In this document: positions 40,967 through 49,146 of the stretch, piece after piece
How positions within the stretch are numbered: the stretch's first letter is position 1
Layout: each line of letters opens with the position of its first letter
Virus record (IMG/VR): IMGVR_UViG_3300012964_000010
Coordinates: 32,001 to 96,000 of that record
DNA: 64,000 bases
Strand: one strand, 5' to 3'
Origin: a virus
The notes under the pieces: generated by a model
What the model saw: only the letters and a program-made list of their open reading frames with translations
What the model was told of the DNA's origin: nothing
Database searches by the model: none
Translations under genes and position numbers: made by a program

Positions 40967-41200
40967 TCAAACTTTAGCTAATTCTTGCCTTAGTCCGTTA
41001 TACCCTGTTGGAATATGTGCACCATCAAGAAATATCTGCGGAACTGAGCGTACTTTATTACCGAGCCGACCCTCTAATGCTCGCAGATTTGCAGTGTCGT
41101 CGATATCAATATACTCATACTGAATAGAATTCGATTCACACAACTGAACAGCCTGTTTACAATAGGTGCACCATTCGGCACCATAAATTTCAATCTTCAT
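40967..41200 (-). CDS. Glutaredoxin
   Basis: CTYC, SVPQIF. Confidence 0.92.
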   Translation of the reverse strand: MKIEIYGAEWCTYCKQAVQLCESNSIQYEYIDIDDTANLRALEGRLGNKVRSVPQIFLDGAHIPTGYNGLRQELAKV

Positions 41201-41232
41201 AGAATTTATCTCCTTGACTAATACTTATCACA

Positions 41233-41442
41233 CTAATCAATGAATGACATAAATTCTAGCCTTCCGTCTGGATATTCAAAGAGACCAAGCATCGACGAAT
41301 TCTGATTATTCTTTTTATGTTTTGGATATTCTGAAATCTTAACTACTAATACATTCTTTCTATACGTTTCTGTTATTTTAACAACTGAACCTTTATATCC
41401 TTCAAATTGTATTTTACTACCTTCTTTGTAATATGATGCCAT
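41233..41442 (-). CDS. Hypothetical protein
   Basis: ORF. Confidence 0.5.
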   Translation of the reverse strand: MASYYKEGSKIQFEGYKGSVVKITETYRKNVLVVKISEYPKHKKNNQNSSMLGLFEYPDGRLEFMSFID

Positions 41443-41458
41443 AATTCTTATTTTTATC

Positions 41459-41533
41459 TGGTACCCCTACTAAGAATCGAACTTAGAACGCCTGCTTCGG
41501 AAACATGCATGATATCCATTTCACTATAGGGGC
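41459..41533 (-). tRNA. tRNA-Arg(CCG)
   Basis: Loop TTCCGAA; CCA. Confidence 0.85.
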
Positions 41534-41539
41534 TTGTTG

Positions 41540-41613
41540 TGGTGCTGATACACGGAATCAAACCGCGGTCCAAACGTTACGAGGGTTTTGTTCTATCACT
41601 AAACTATATCAGC
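41540..41613 (-). tRNA. tRNA-Thr(CGU), somewhat degenerate
   Basis: Loop CTCGTAA; T-loop TTTGATT; D-loop lacks GG. Confidence 0.7.
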
Positions 41614-41618
41614 ATCTA

Positions 41619-41864
41619 TTATTTATTCTTTTGACTTGCTGCAATCATTTTTGCAGCAATCTCATTCGCAATATCGTCAACAGTGCGACCATTGCGTTTT
41701 TTTAATTCAATTATTTGATCTTTAATCCATTGTGGGAAATGTGGACCGTTCAGGTTCTCAATCTGTTCGTTGGTATAAGACTGAATATTATCCAATACTT
41801 CTTGCACAGCAGGTTTTTTCTTCATTTTTTGGAAGAATTTATCGGGATTAAGGTAACTTCTCAT
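41619..41864 (-). CDS. Hypothetical protein
   Basis: ORF. Confidence 0.55.
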   Translation of the reverse strand: MRSYLNPDKFFQKMKKKPAVQEVLDNIQSYTNEQIENLNGPHFPQWIKDQIIELKKRNGRTVDDIANEIAAKMIAASQKNK

Positions 41865-42352
41865 TAATATCTTATCCTGCTCTTATCATATTCGAAGCAG
41901 TATACATTTCCAGTACTATATTGATTATTGTATACGGTTGTACAGAAGAGGTCAGAATCTTCATATACATAGAAACGATCTTTGTAGATGAAGATTATCA
42001 TCAAAAAATCAAGTTTCATTACTTGAACGCATCTGCGATAATCTTCATATTTGTGGTCTACAGTAAAACATAATTTACCATTGATTGGGTATATGCTCTT
42101 CTTTACCTTTACATCCACAAGAAAATTACCTTTTTCCGGGTTCTTATTCCACACAGCAAAGTCAGGTAATACAACTTTACCCTCAGTGCCCTCAAGACGG
42201 GGACCGCTGCTTTTTTCGTGCTTTTGATATCTCATATCCTGCACAAGGCTATTGTTAGACATTAGCCAGGGGTATACAGCATCTTCACCAGCTGTACCTA
42301 TTGCAAGATTTTCGTCAAATACTTTGTCTTGCTCGTTCTGCATAAAGTTCAT
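41864..42352 (-). CDS. PD-(D/E)XK nuclease-like protein
   Basis: GTAGE, LPDF, VDVKVK. Confidence 0.65.
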   Translation of the reverse strand: MNFMQNEQDKVFDENLAIGTAGEDAVYPWLMSNNSLVQDMRYQKHEKSSGPRLEGTEGKVVLPDFAVWNKNPEKGNFLVDVKVKKSIYPINGKLCFTVDHKYEDYRRCVQVMKLDFLMIIFIYKDRFYVYEDSDLFCTTVYNNQYSTGNVYCFEYDKSRIRY

Positions 42353-42375
42353 TCAACCGAGTGTGATGAGAAATA

Positions 42376-42855
42376 TTAGATGGATCGGATCTCATCTCTG
42401 GCCCTCATTAGCACAATACCGAGCAAGTTCTGGCCGCGCCATTTGGATTGGTCGAGCGCATCAGGATTATCTTCCGATAAGCCAATTCCCCATATGGTGT
42501 CATACGGGCTGGCTTCAACAATAATCTTATCATCGGTATTTAGTAAAGTCCCTAATATGGCTGGATTCTGTGTGAACTTAGAAATTAATCCGTCAACCAT
42601 GATATCTTGACACTTTTCGAGCCACACATTTTGATCAAAGTTTCTCACTTGCCTTCCTAAGAACTTTTGTTTTCTAGGATCTTTCTGTTCCATTATAAGT
42701 TCGGCAACTTCTGTATCATTAAACATAAGAGCCTTCATATGCATCATGTATTGTTCGCTACAGTTGTATTGAACACCATTGTGAGTAAATTTACTTTTAT
42801 ACCAATTAGAAAAAGGGCTTGCATTAGCCCAGAAGAATATAAAATTGTGTGTCAT
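42376..42855 (-). CDS. NADAR-family hydrolase
   Basis: FSNWY, SEQYMM.KA, EASPYD.IWGIG, GQNLLG. Confidence 0.92.
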   Translation of the reverse strand: MTHNFIFFWANASPFSNWYKSKFTHNGVQYNCSEQYMMHMKALMFNDTEVAELIMEQKDPRKQKFLGRQVRNFDQNVWLEKCQDIMVDGLISKFTQNPAILGTLLNTDDKIIVEASPYDTIWGIGLSEDNPDALDQSKWRGQNLLGIVLMRARDEIRSI

Positions 42856-42862
42856 ATTTAGT

Positions 42863-42937
42863 TGGTCCGGCGTAGAGGAATCGAACCCCTATCAACTCTT
42901 TAGAAGAGAGTTGTATTCTCCATTATACGAACGCCAG
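42863..42937 (-). tRNA. tRNA-Arg(UCU)
   Basis: ACTCT-CTTCTAA-AGAGT; CCA. Confidence 0.9.
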
Positions 42938-42944
42938 TTTGTTT

Positions 42945-43020
42945 TGGTGCATCTGGAAAGGATCGAACTTTCTACTTCTTCCATGTCAAGGAAGCTATCT
43001 AACCAATGATATACAGATGC
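42945..43020 (-). tRNA. tRNA-Val(GAC)
   Basis: CTTCC-TTGACAT-GGAAG; CCA. Confidence 0.88.
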
Positions 43021-43250
43021 TATTTTATTCTATTTACCCGATATTTATCTTTGATAAACTGATGAAAGAAACTGCCCTTAGATGGTGATCTGGTCCACCG
43101 TTCGAACATTGTACGAGTAATTCCCGGTATTGAGAATGATTTACCGTTCGATAATCTCATTGTTAATACCTTGTTGGGTCTATTATGTGTAAGGTCAGAA
43201 ATCCATGCGGATTCGACTTGTTTTTCAATCAAGAATTCTGATAATCTCAT
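43020..43250 (-). CDS. KTSC-domain protein
   Basis: VESAWI...SPSKGSFFHQFIKD. Confidence 0.8.
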   Translation of the reverse strand: MRLSEFLIEKQVESAWISDLTHNRPNKVLTMRLSNGKSFSIPGITRTMFERWTRSPSKGSFFHQFIKDKYRVNRIK

Positions 43251-43262
43251 CCATTATTTATC

Positions 43263-43559
43263 TCAAAGATTCTTGGCTTGATTGGTTAATTCGTCAACCT
43301 TGCCCTTTAGCACAATTAACTCATCTCTTAATTCGGTTGCATGTTCCAGCATGATCTTCGTAATTGCAACAGTTGCAGCGACTGGAGAAAGCGTCTGATG
43401 ATACACGTCGCATTCTAATTGCAACATTCTTAGACTATTTCTACGTTCAATCGGTGCTTTAAGGATTTCTCTTTCAATAACTTCTTTGCGCTTTCTCTCA
43501 AATTCTTCTGGATGAATATTAAATAGGTTAGCCCATTCGTCAAAATCAAATTGTTCCAT
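43263..43559 (-). CDS. DUF3135-like protein
   Basis: FDEWA.L...PEEFE..R...I. Confidence 0.6.
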   Translation of the reverse strand: MEQFDFDEWANLFNIHPEEFERKRKEVIEREILKAPIERRNSLRMLQLECDVYHQTLSPVAATVAITKIMLEHATELRDELIVLKGKVDELTNQAKNL

Positions 43560-43817
43560 TTACTTAAATTTTCCTGCATTCCGTGGTAATTTTTCAAGAT
43601 TTATACCATCGGGTCTGGGCCAGCGAATATTAACAAGATCATCAGACTTTAGCTCGCTTAGTATCTTTCTTTTTTCCGGAGGTAAACCCAAGATATATGC
43701 GCCTGGAGGAGGAACAAAATCCGTTGTGTATCTTGATATAAAAGCTTGATCGGTCATATCACCGATAAGGTCTTTGGGTCTATTTTTCTGTCGTATTGTC
43801 ATAAAAACATTATACAA
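43560..43817 (-). CDS. Hypothetical protein
   Basis: ORF; TTGACC-N17-TATAAT at 43809..43837. Confidence 0.45.
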   Translation of the reverse strand: MYNVFMTIRQKNRPKDLIGDMTDQAFISRYTTDFVPPPGAYILGLPPEKRKILSELKSDDLVNIRWPRPDGINLEKLPRNAGKFK

Positions 43818-43891
43818 TTCTTTTATGATTAGGTCAACTGCAGCAGAGGAGGATATTGAGTTTTTATTACTTGATCAGTTCCTCTGCCATC

Positions 43892-44251
43892 TTACCAATA
43901 CCAAAGGTGTGGTTTTCGACTTACATTAGGCAAATTAACATCAATCAACTTGTCTTTACTTACCCCTACCACATTTCGTTCCCACATTCTACCTTGAGAA
44001 CGTTGTGGTCGATTCATAAACATCCTGGTCCACCACGACGGTTCATTCTGAACCCAGTGAAATTTACTATCTGTATGACGCTTAATCTTAGGGTAAAATC
44101 CTGCTTTTTTAAGGTAATAAGACCGTGTCCCGGTCATTATTTCTCCAGTGTAATAATCTGCATATTCTGCATCATATTCCACACGGTAACGATCTTCATC
44201 CCATTTACCCCAAACAAGTCTGCTGGGGCGATCTTTGTATGTCCTAGACAT
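43892..44251 (-). CDS. Basic Trp-rich phage protein (MSRT start)
   Basis: Strong SD AAAGGAG; PSWW.R and terminal WYW. Confidence 0.75.
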   Translation of the reverse strand: MSRTYKDRPSRLVWGKWDEDRYRVEYDAEYADYYTGEIMTGTRSYYLKKAGFYPKIKRHTDSKFHWVQNEPSWWTRMFMNRPQRSQGRMWERNVVGVSKDKLIDVNLPNVSRKPHLWYW

Positions 44252-44307
44252 ATTATGCTCCTTTAGTTAAATCTAAAATTGCATAATTTTCTCCTTGTTG
44301 TAAATTT

Positions 44308-44399
44308 TGGTGGAAGCGGTGAGATTCGAACTCACGGGCCCCTTACGGGACCGACAGTTTTCAAGACTGTTGCAATAAACCATGCTCTGCCACGCTTCC
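44308..44399 (-). tRNA. tRNA-Ser(UGA)
   Basis: ACAGT-CTTGAAA-ACTGT, long variable arm, CCA. Confidence 0.92.
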
Positions 44400-44405
44400 G
44401 GTATT

Positions 44406-44507
44406 TGGTAGGAGGGGTGGGAATCGAACCCACGTTGCCCGCCTTATCTAGACGGTGCTTTACGAGTTTATAAGGCTCGCCCTTCGGCCAACATTAGCAA
44501 CCCTCCC
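44406..44507 (-). tRNA. Atypical 102-nt tRNA, anticodon UAU, very long variable arm
   Basis: GGGAGGG/CCCTCCT acceptor, canonical T arm, loop CTTATAA, CCA. Confidence 0.7.
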
Positions 44508-44587
44508 AATTATTCAGGAAGGTATTCGTATACTACGAATTGTTGCGTTTTGTTGCTTCATTACTTTATTTATCATTTCAATATTGC

Positions 44588-44731
44588 TTAGTGTGTAAGA
44601 TTTTCACTTACCGTTTCCGTTCCCTTTATGCTATGGTGCTCTATTATATCAACATACGTTAAATAGAGAATCGGATATCGCACCAAGTGCATGGCCTAAG
44701 GGCTTCAATGCGCGGGCATGATCGACACTAA
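44588..44731 (-). ncRNA. Candidate ~145-nt structured RNA directly downstream of tRNA-Gly
   Basis: Terminal helix TTAGTGT/ACACTAA and internal helices. Confidence 0.55.
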
Positions 44732-44734
44732 ATT

Positions 44735-44808
44735 TGGAGCGGGATAGGAGAATCGAACTCCTGACTTGAGCTTGGAAGGATCTCGTTTTACCATTAAACT
44801 AATCCCGC
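44735..44808 (-). tRNA. tRNA-Gly(UCC)
   Basis: GCGGGAT acceptor, U73, loop CTTCCAA. Confidence 0.88.
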
Positions 44809-44814
44809 ATATCC

Positions 44815-45150
44815 TTATACTTCTTCATTCTTTCGAATTTTCTGTGCAGTACTTAACTCTTCAGCTTGACGAATTAGGAATCTACCGAGTAGATCAAGCT
44901 GCGCTGGTGTCATAAACATTTCTATAGTACCACTAACGTCTGCAAGTTCATGTAACCGTGCAATCTTTACATAAGCTGCTTCGGTGTATTTATCACTTTC
45001 GCGAACCGAAACTTCAATTGAAAAATCTTTACCGGTACTAATGCGAAACATTTCCATATGATTACTTTCTTCTATTTTATCTACCACAATAACAGCGCAA
45101 GGAGTCCACGTATTAGCAGCGTCGTCTATCGTGCTTACACTCCTACCCAC
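44815..45150 (-). CDS. Hypothetical protein (start probably near 45059)
   Basis: ORF. Confidence 0.5.
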   Translation of the reverse strand: MGRSVSTIDDAANTWTPCAVIVVDKIEESNHMEMFRISTGKDFSIEVSVRESDKYTEAAYVKIARLHELADVSGTIEMFMTPAQLDLLGRFLIRQAEELSTAQKIRKNEEV

Positions 45151-45181
45151 GATAACACTTCGGCCCTGCTTTTTCCTCTGT

Positions 45182-45257
45182 TGGTGCCGGAGAAAGGAAT
45201 CGAACCCTCGACCTTCTCATTACAAGTGAGCTGCTCTACCGACTGAGCTACTCCGGC
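45182..45257 (-). tRNA. tRNA-Thr(UGU)
   Basis: Canonical cloverleaf, loop CTTGTAA. Confidence 0.93.
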
Positions 45258-45327
45258 TTATATTTATTGTTTACTATTTATATATCTATTATATGTGTTG
45301 TTGCTGTTTTGGTCAACTAAACCAGTA

Positions 45328-46137
45328 TTACCTTATTTGGCAAACACCTTTTTTAGATGTGCGGACACTCTTAGTCATAGAGGGCCACAAATTTGGTGAA
45401 AAAACTGCATCTTTTGGCATAGGAAATACAAGTCCTGTGTCTTTTTGTACCTGAGCCAAACTGGTCATGAATGTGTCTAATTCTTTAGATGAACTCTCGT
45501 GTTTGAACTCAAATGCCATAACTTCGTTTGTCTTGATATCAACAATAATCTTGAAAAAGGCATGTGGTACAATAACTCTGTCTTTACCGATTGCGTTATC
45601 TTGTGTCAAGCTATAGATTGGTCCAACATAGACTAATAGGGTGTCATTTCTTGAAACAGCCCATGCACGAGTTTGATCCTCGAGCTTCTTCCATATACCG
45701 CGGTTAAATCCAGGTAATTGAGGAGCCATATTACTCAATATAAAACTCTCACGTTCAACGTCAACATCCCATGACATATCACCATCATTGGCTTGATGAC
45801 CAATATCATATCCAGATTTCGCATAATCCTTTAACTCAGACCTACTGCCTTCTGGTAAACTACGGTCTGGGGCAAATGCATTAGATCGAGGAACGCACCC
45901 GACTGCATGTGCCGGAATAAGGACATACGAAACCCAATCTGGAACTTTAGCCTTATTATTGTGTTCCAATATGTAGGCTTTGCGGCAAATAATTGTTGTA
46001 TCCTGTTTGGCACCAGTCGGCTGACCATACGGGGCCTGTTCGGCACACTGACTTACATCAAGCGGTGCGTCTTGTGTTTGAGAGAAGCAGCTGAAGCTAA
46101 TTGCCAACAGGAATAAAATAGAGAATTTCTTAATCAT
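45328..46137 (-). CDS. Secreted DNA/RNA non-specific endonuclease
   Basis: Signal peptide; SGYDIGH, LSNMAPQ...FNRGIW..LE. Confidence 0.9.
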   Translation of the reverse strand: MIKKFSILFLLAISFSCFSQTQDAPLDVSQCAEQAPYGQPTGAKQDTTIICRKAYILEHNNKAKVPDWVSYVLIPAHAVGCVPRSNAFAPDRSLPEGSRSELKDYAKSGYDIGHQANDGDMSWDVDVERESFILSNMAPQLPGFNRGIWKKLEDQTRAWAVSRNDTLLVYVGPIYSLTQDNAIGKDRVIVPHAFFKIIVDIKTNEVMAFEFKHESSSKELDTFMTSLAQVQKDTGLVFPMPKDAVFSPNLWPSMTKSVRTSKKGVCQIR

Positions 46138-46189
46138 AGAACATCCTTACGATAATAGGTATTTATGACAAAGTCTTGCTACTCAAAAG

Positions 46190-46214
46190 AAAAGCCTGCA
46201 CCAGTGCAGGCTTT
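46190..46214 (-). terminator. Intrinsic terminator after the DUF2828 gene
   Basis: aaagcctgca-ccag-tgcaggcttt. Confidence 0.75.
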
Positions 46215-46234
46215 AAGTATGAGATTATAATCTA

Positions 46235-47659
46235 TTAAAAATCATATCTCTGTACCATTACGGTCTTTAGAAGAATCGACAGAGGTGTCATTTCCTCACC
46301 ACCGAGCACTGACTTAACAATGCTTGGGCTGAATCCAGACACAAGTGCAGTACCAGCCTCGTTGTATGTGACAGGGCTGTTACCAGCTCGTCCATTCAAG
46401 TTCCAATATACAACTTGTGGTAGTTCGTACCCTGCGGCCTCGTACTCACTTCTCATCATATTCATTGCACTCACTGATACAGCAGCACCTCCGTTCCAAC
46501 GACCGTAACTGTTACCCACTGTTACACAGGTGTTAAATTCCATGTCCGATAGGATCAGAAGCTTTGTAGGCATATCTGCCTTAGCAACACTGTGCTTCTT
46601 AGCAGCACCAAGAATTAACTTGAATGCAGCCTGAAGATCGGTGCTACCCGACCAGTTGGATCGCTCCATCTGGTTGTAACGCTGCTGAAGATTGCCAGCG
46701 ACCTTCAGCATTGCTGGCTGGCTAGAGAAGGTAATGAACTGATCCTTAAATACACCACCTGCGCGTTCGGAAACATACAGACCCAACGAGATAGCAACAT
46801 CCAGTGCAGTTACGCTACCAGACACATTTACACCATCCATCGAACCAGAGACATCAACCAACGGCATGATGTTTTCATTGGAGCCTTCCAAATAGTTAGG
46901 CAATGCCTTCCACTGTTCATTAGCTACTGTAGCGTCACCGTTACGCATAGAACGAATCACATCGTAAGGAAAAGCAACCGACGCATTGATCTTAGCTTCA
47001 CCGGATACCAGCTTTTCCTTGTATGCGGAGTAACCTACCGGGTCGTGCTTCAAGAATGCCTTCTGGTAACGACCAGCAGCAACCGACGGAACGTGAGGAT
47101 ACACAATCTTAGACCAATCCTGTGCACACATCTTCTGTTCAACAGTGTTGGACAGACCTACCAGTAACTTACGATACTGCTTAGGTGTTAGACGCATATA
47201 AGAACGGATCTTATTTGCTTCTGCACCCTGACGTGGCATCCACTTAGCACATAATCCATCCTTTGCATCGTTCAATGCAAAAGAAATCATACGCAAAGCT
47301 TCTCGTTCAATTGGTGTACCGAGTGCAATAATCACATCGTCCCAACGACCAAGTTCGGGCATCTTCACCAATACTCGTGCAGCCAAAGCAGGTTCGGTAC
47401 GAACAAGATAGCCAAACAACTTACGGAAGGTTTCGCGCTCGCCGGCGCCACCACGTGCATCACGTGCCCATTCAAGGACACGAACTGCAACTTCAGAATC
47501 TTCGGCCAACGCACCTGCAAAAGTAGAGGTAATATCCTTGCCACGACTTGCGCCGGCCAAGAAAAATAGATCCACGTTCTTGTTCAGAGACGAGGCATTG
47601 GTAACTGCGCCGTTGGCAGTTGTTGCGGATGCGTTTACAGCTTCAAATAGTGTGCTCAT
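46235..47659 (-). CDS. DUF2828-family TROVE/Ro60-like protein with C-terminal vWA domain
   Basis: RDARGGAGER, GRWDD, AKWMPR, MIDAS DVSGSM, LSDMEF, YWNL; start at MSTLF with SD AAGGAG. Confidence 0.88.
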   Translation of the reverse strand: MSTLFEAVNASATTANGAVTNASSLNKNVDLFFLAGASRGKDITSTFAGALAEDSEVAVRVLEWARDARGGAGERETFRKLFGYLVRTEPALAARVLVKMPELGRWDDVIIALGTPIEREALRMISFALNDAKDGLCAKWMPRQGAEANKIRSYMRLTPKQYRKLLVGLSNTVEQKMCAQDWSKIVYPHVPSVAAGRYQKAFLKHDPVGYSAYKEKLVSGEAKINASVAFPYDVIRSMRNGDATVANEQWKALPNYLEGSNENIMPLVDVSGSMDGVNVSGSVTALDVAISLGLYVSERAGGVFKDQFITFSSQPAMLKVAGNLQQRYNQMERSNWSGSTDLQAAFKLILGAAKKHSVAKADMPTKLLILSDMEFNTCVTVGNSYGRWNGGAAVSVSAMNMMRSEYEAAGYELPQVVYWNLNGRAGNSPVTYNEAGTALVSGFSPSIVKSVLGGEEMTPLSILLKTVMVQRYDF

Positions 47660-47672
47660 TTTAATTTCTCCT

Positions 47673-47708
47673 TCAGAATTTATTTTAAGTTTGCTGTTAA
47701 AATTCTTT
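47673..47708 (-). promoter_or_regulatory. Motif copy 1 (minimal stem) in the DUF2828 5' UTR
   Basis: AAAGAATTT-TAACAGCA...AAATTCTGA abutting the SD. Confidence 0.6.
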
Positions 47709-47722
47709 ATTAGCAAGTATGT

Positions 47723-47751
47723 AGTTTATACAACTACGGTTTAGTTGTCAA
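47723..47751 (-). promoter_or_regulatory. Sigma70-type promoter of the DUF2828 gene
   Basis: TTGACA-N17-TAAACT. Confidence 0.65.
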
Positions 47752-48596
47752 CTTATTACTACCGAATTTTCCATTCGTTTAAGCAACATGTCGATAACAT
47801 CTTTTTCGTGTATGCGATCATATAAATCGGCAGGATATGTTTCGTAAAACAATCCATATAATACACCAGCGGTGGCTGCCACCGAATCACTATCTCCAGA
47901 ATGGAGAATAGACAATTCGAGCATCTTATTAAAATCACCTTGGCAATTTTCAAATGCCCAAATTGCAATATTTAGGCAAGGTTCTGCTTGCCAACCACCA
48001 TCACCGAATACTTCAGCAATGGGTTTACCTTCGTACATATTCAACTTCTCTTTCCTGAGAAGTTTATTTGCTACTTCCCATTGCTTAATAGCAGTGGGTA
48101 TAATTTGAGGACCTTTGTGTGTGGCAAAGGAAATATTCTTGAGCAAATCACTGTTTTCTTCGAATAAGAACGGTAATGCTTTCATTACTGTTCCACAACC
48201 ATTGCTATTATTAGCAACATGGTTTCCTGTCAAAAGTTTGTATAGCGAATGTAAACAAGTGTTTCCAGGTGCACGCACCTGCCACATCTTTATCTGATCC
48301 ACCAATAACTGACTAGATCCCATAGGTGGCAATGAAGTTCCGTAATGCTGTGTTTTATCCCACATTAAGTAATGTTTGATAACAGTATCTGGACCACCCA
48401 TGATCATTGCCTCAAGACCAAACATGGTCATCTGAGTATCATCAGTAATATGGATTACCTTATCAGATTTGATAAGATCTACTAATTCTTCTCTATCAGG
48501 ATACGGTTCGAATTCAAAATCTTCTCCCATTGCATCACCGATAGCCTGTGCACGAAGTGCAATGCTAATCAATCTTGCTTGCTTTTCAGTATACAC
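47748..48596 (-). CDS. ADP-ribosylglycohydrolase (DraG/ARH family)
   Basis: AIGDAMG, TDDTQMT, GDSDSVAA. Confidence 0.9.
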   Translation of the reverse strand: MYTEKQARLISIALRAQAIGDAMGEDFEFEPYPDREELVDLIKSDKVIHITDDTQMTMFGLEAMIMGGPDTVIKHYLMWDKTQHYGTSLPPMGSSQLLVDQIKMWQVRAPGNTCLHSLYKLLTGNHVANNSNGCGTVMKALPFLFEENSDLLKNISFATHKGPQIIPTAIKQWEVANKLLRKEKLNMYEGKPIAEVFGDGGWQAEPCLNIAIWAFENCQGDFNKMLELSILHSGDSDSVAATAGVLYGLFYETYPADLYDRIHEKDVIDMLLKRMENSVVIS

Positions 48597-48602
48597 GTTA
48601 AA

Positions 48603-48851
48603 TTACCATTTCTTTATTGCGTCTATATCGGTAACAATAGTACCGACCGTAGCCTTTAATACAAAGGCTACCTTATCTTCATCTGTCATTAATACTTTAT
48701 ACAGGTCACCCAAAGGATGATCATTTCTTACAAATTCTACGTTATCTATTCCCCATATAATTTGCATCGCATCACCACCGTATCTGGCTCCCTCAGGCCA
48801 AGGTACACTATAAAGATAGTCGCACCTAACAGCTATGTAGACTGCTTTCAT
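48603..48851 (-). CDS. Small hypothetical protein (EDKVAFVLK)
   Basis: Family motif. Confidence 0.5.
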   Translation of the reverse strand: MKAVYIAVRCDYLYSVPWPEGARYGGDAMQIIWGIDNVEFVRNDHPLGDLYKVLMTDEDKVAFVLKATVGTIVTDIDAIKKW

Positions 48852-48854
48852 AAA

Positions 48855-48957
48855 TCAGAATCATTTTTATTGCCGGCTGCTCTACCATTGAACTACAAGG
48901 TGGGAATCGAACCCACGTCCGCCGGTTGGATTATTAATAATGCGGTAGCGATTCTTT
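48855..48957 (-). ncRNA. Y RNA (YrlA)-like RNA with permuted tRNA module (motif copy 2)
   Basis: T arm precedes D arm inside a CCGGC/GCCGG stem, enclosed by an AGAATC/GATTCT stem. Confidence 0.75.
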
Positions 48958-49022
48958 AAAAAAAGGTACACCTTAGTGGATTCGGTCTTCACGACCCATA
49001 TACTCATAAAGTGTAAAAATAA

Positions 49023-49133
49023 TCAGATTAGGTTTTGATAAGTTTTTACTTTCCATATCAGAAAGGTTTTTAGCCAACCCCTTTCGGGACGGACTAAGGG
49101 TCATTATAATTTTAGATGCTGTACCTAATCTTT
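49023..49133 (-). ncRNA. Second Y-like RNA (motif copy 3) with non-tRNA payload
   Basis: AAAGATTAGG-TACAGCA...CCTAATCTGA; internal GAAA-tetraloop hairpin. Confidence 0.6.
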
Positions 49134-49146
49134 AGTGTCAAAATGT

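Noticed and set aside
42863-42937. Amber suppressor reading of this tRNA (TTCTAAA)
   Set aside because: The best stem ACTCT/AGAGT centres the loop on UCU (Arg)
47660-47716. N-terminal extension of the DUF2828 ORF
   Set aside because: The SD AAGGAG and the promoter position point to ATG at 47659
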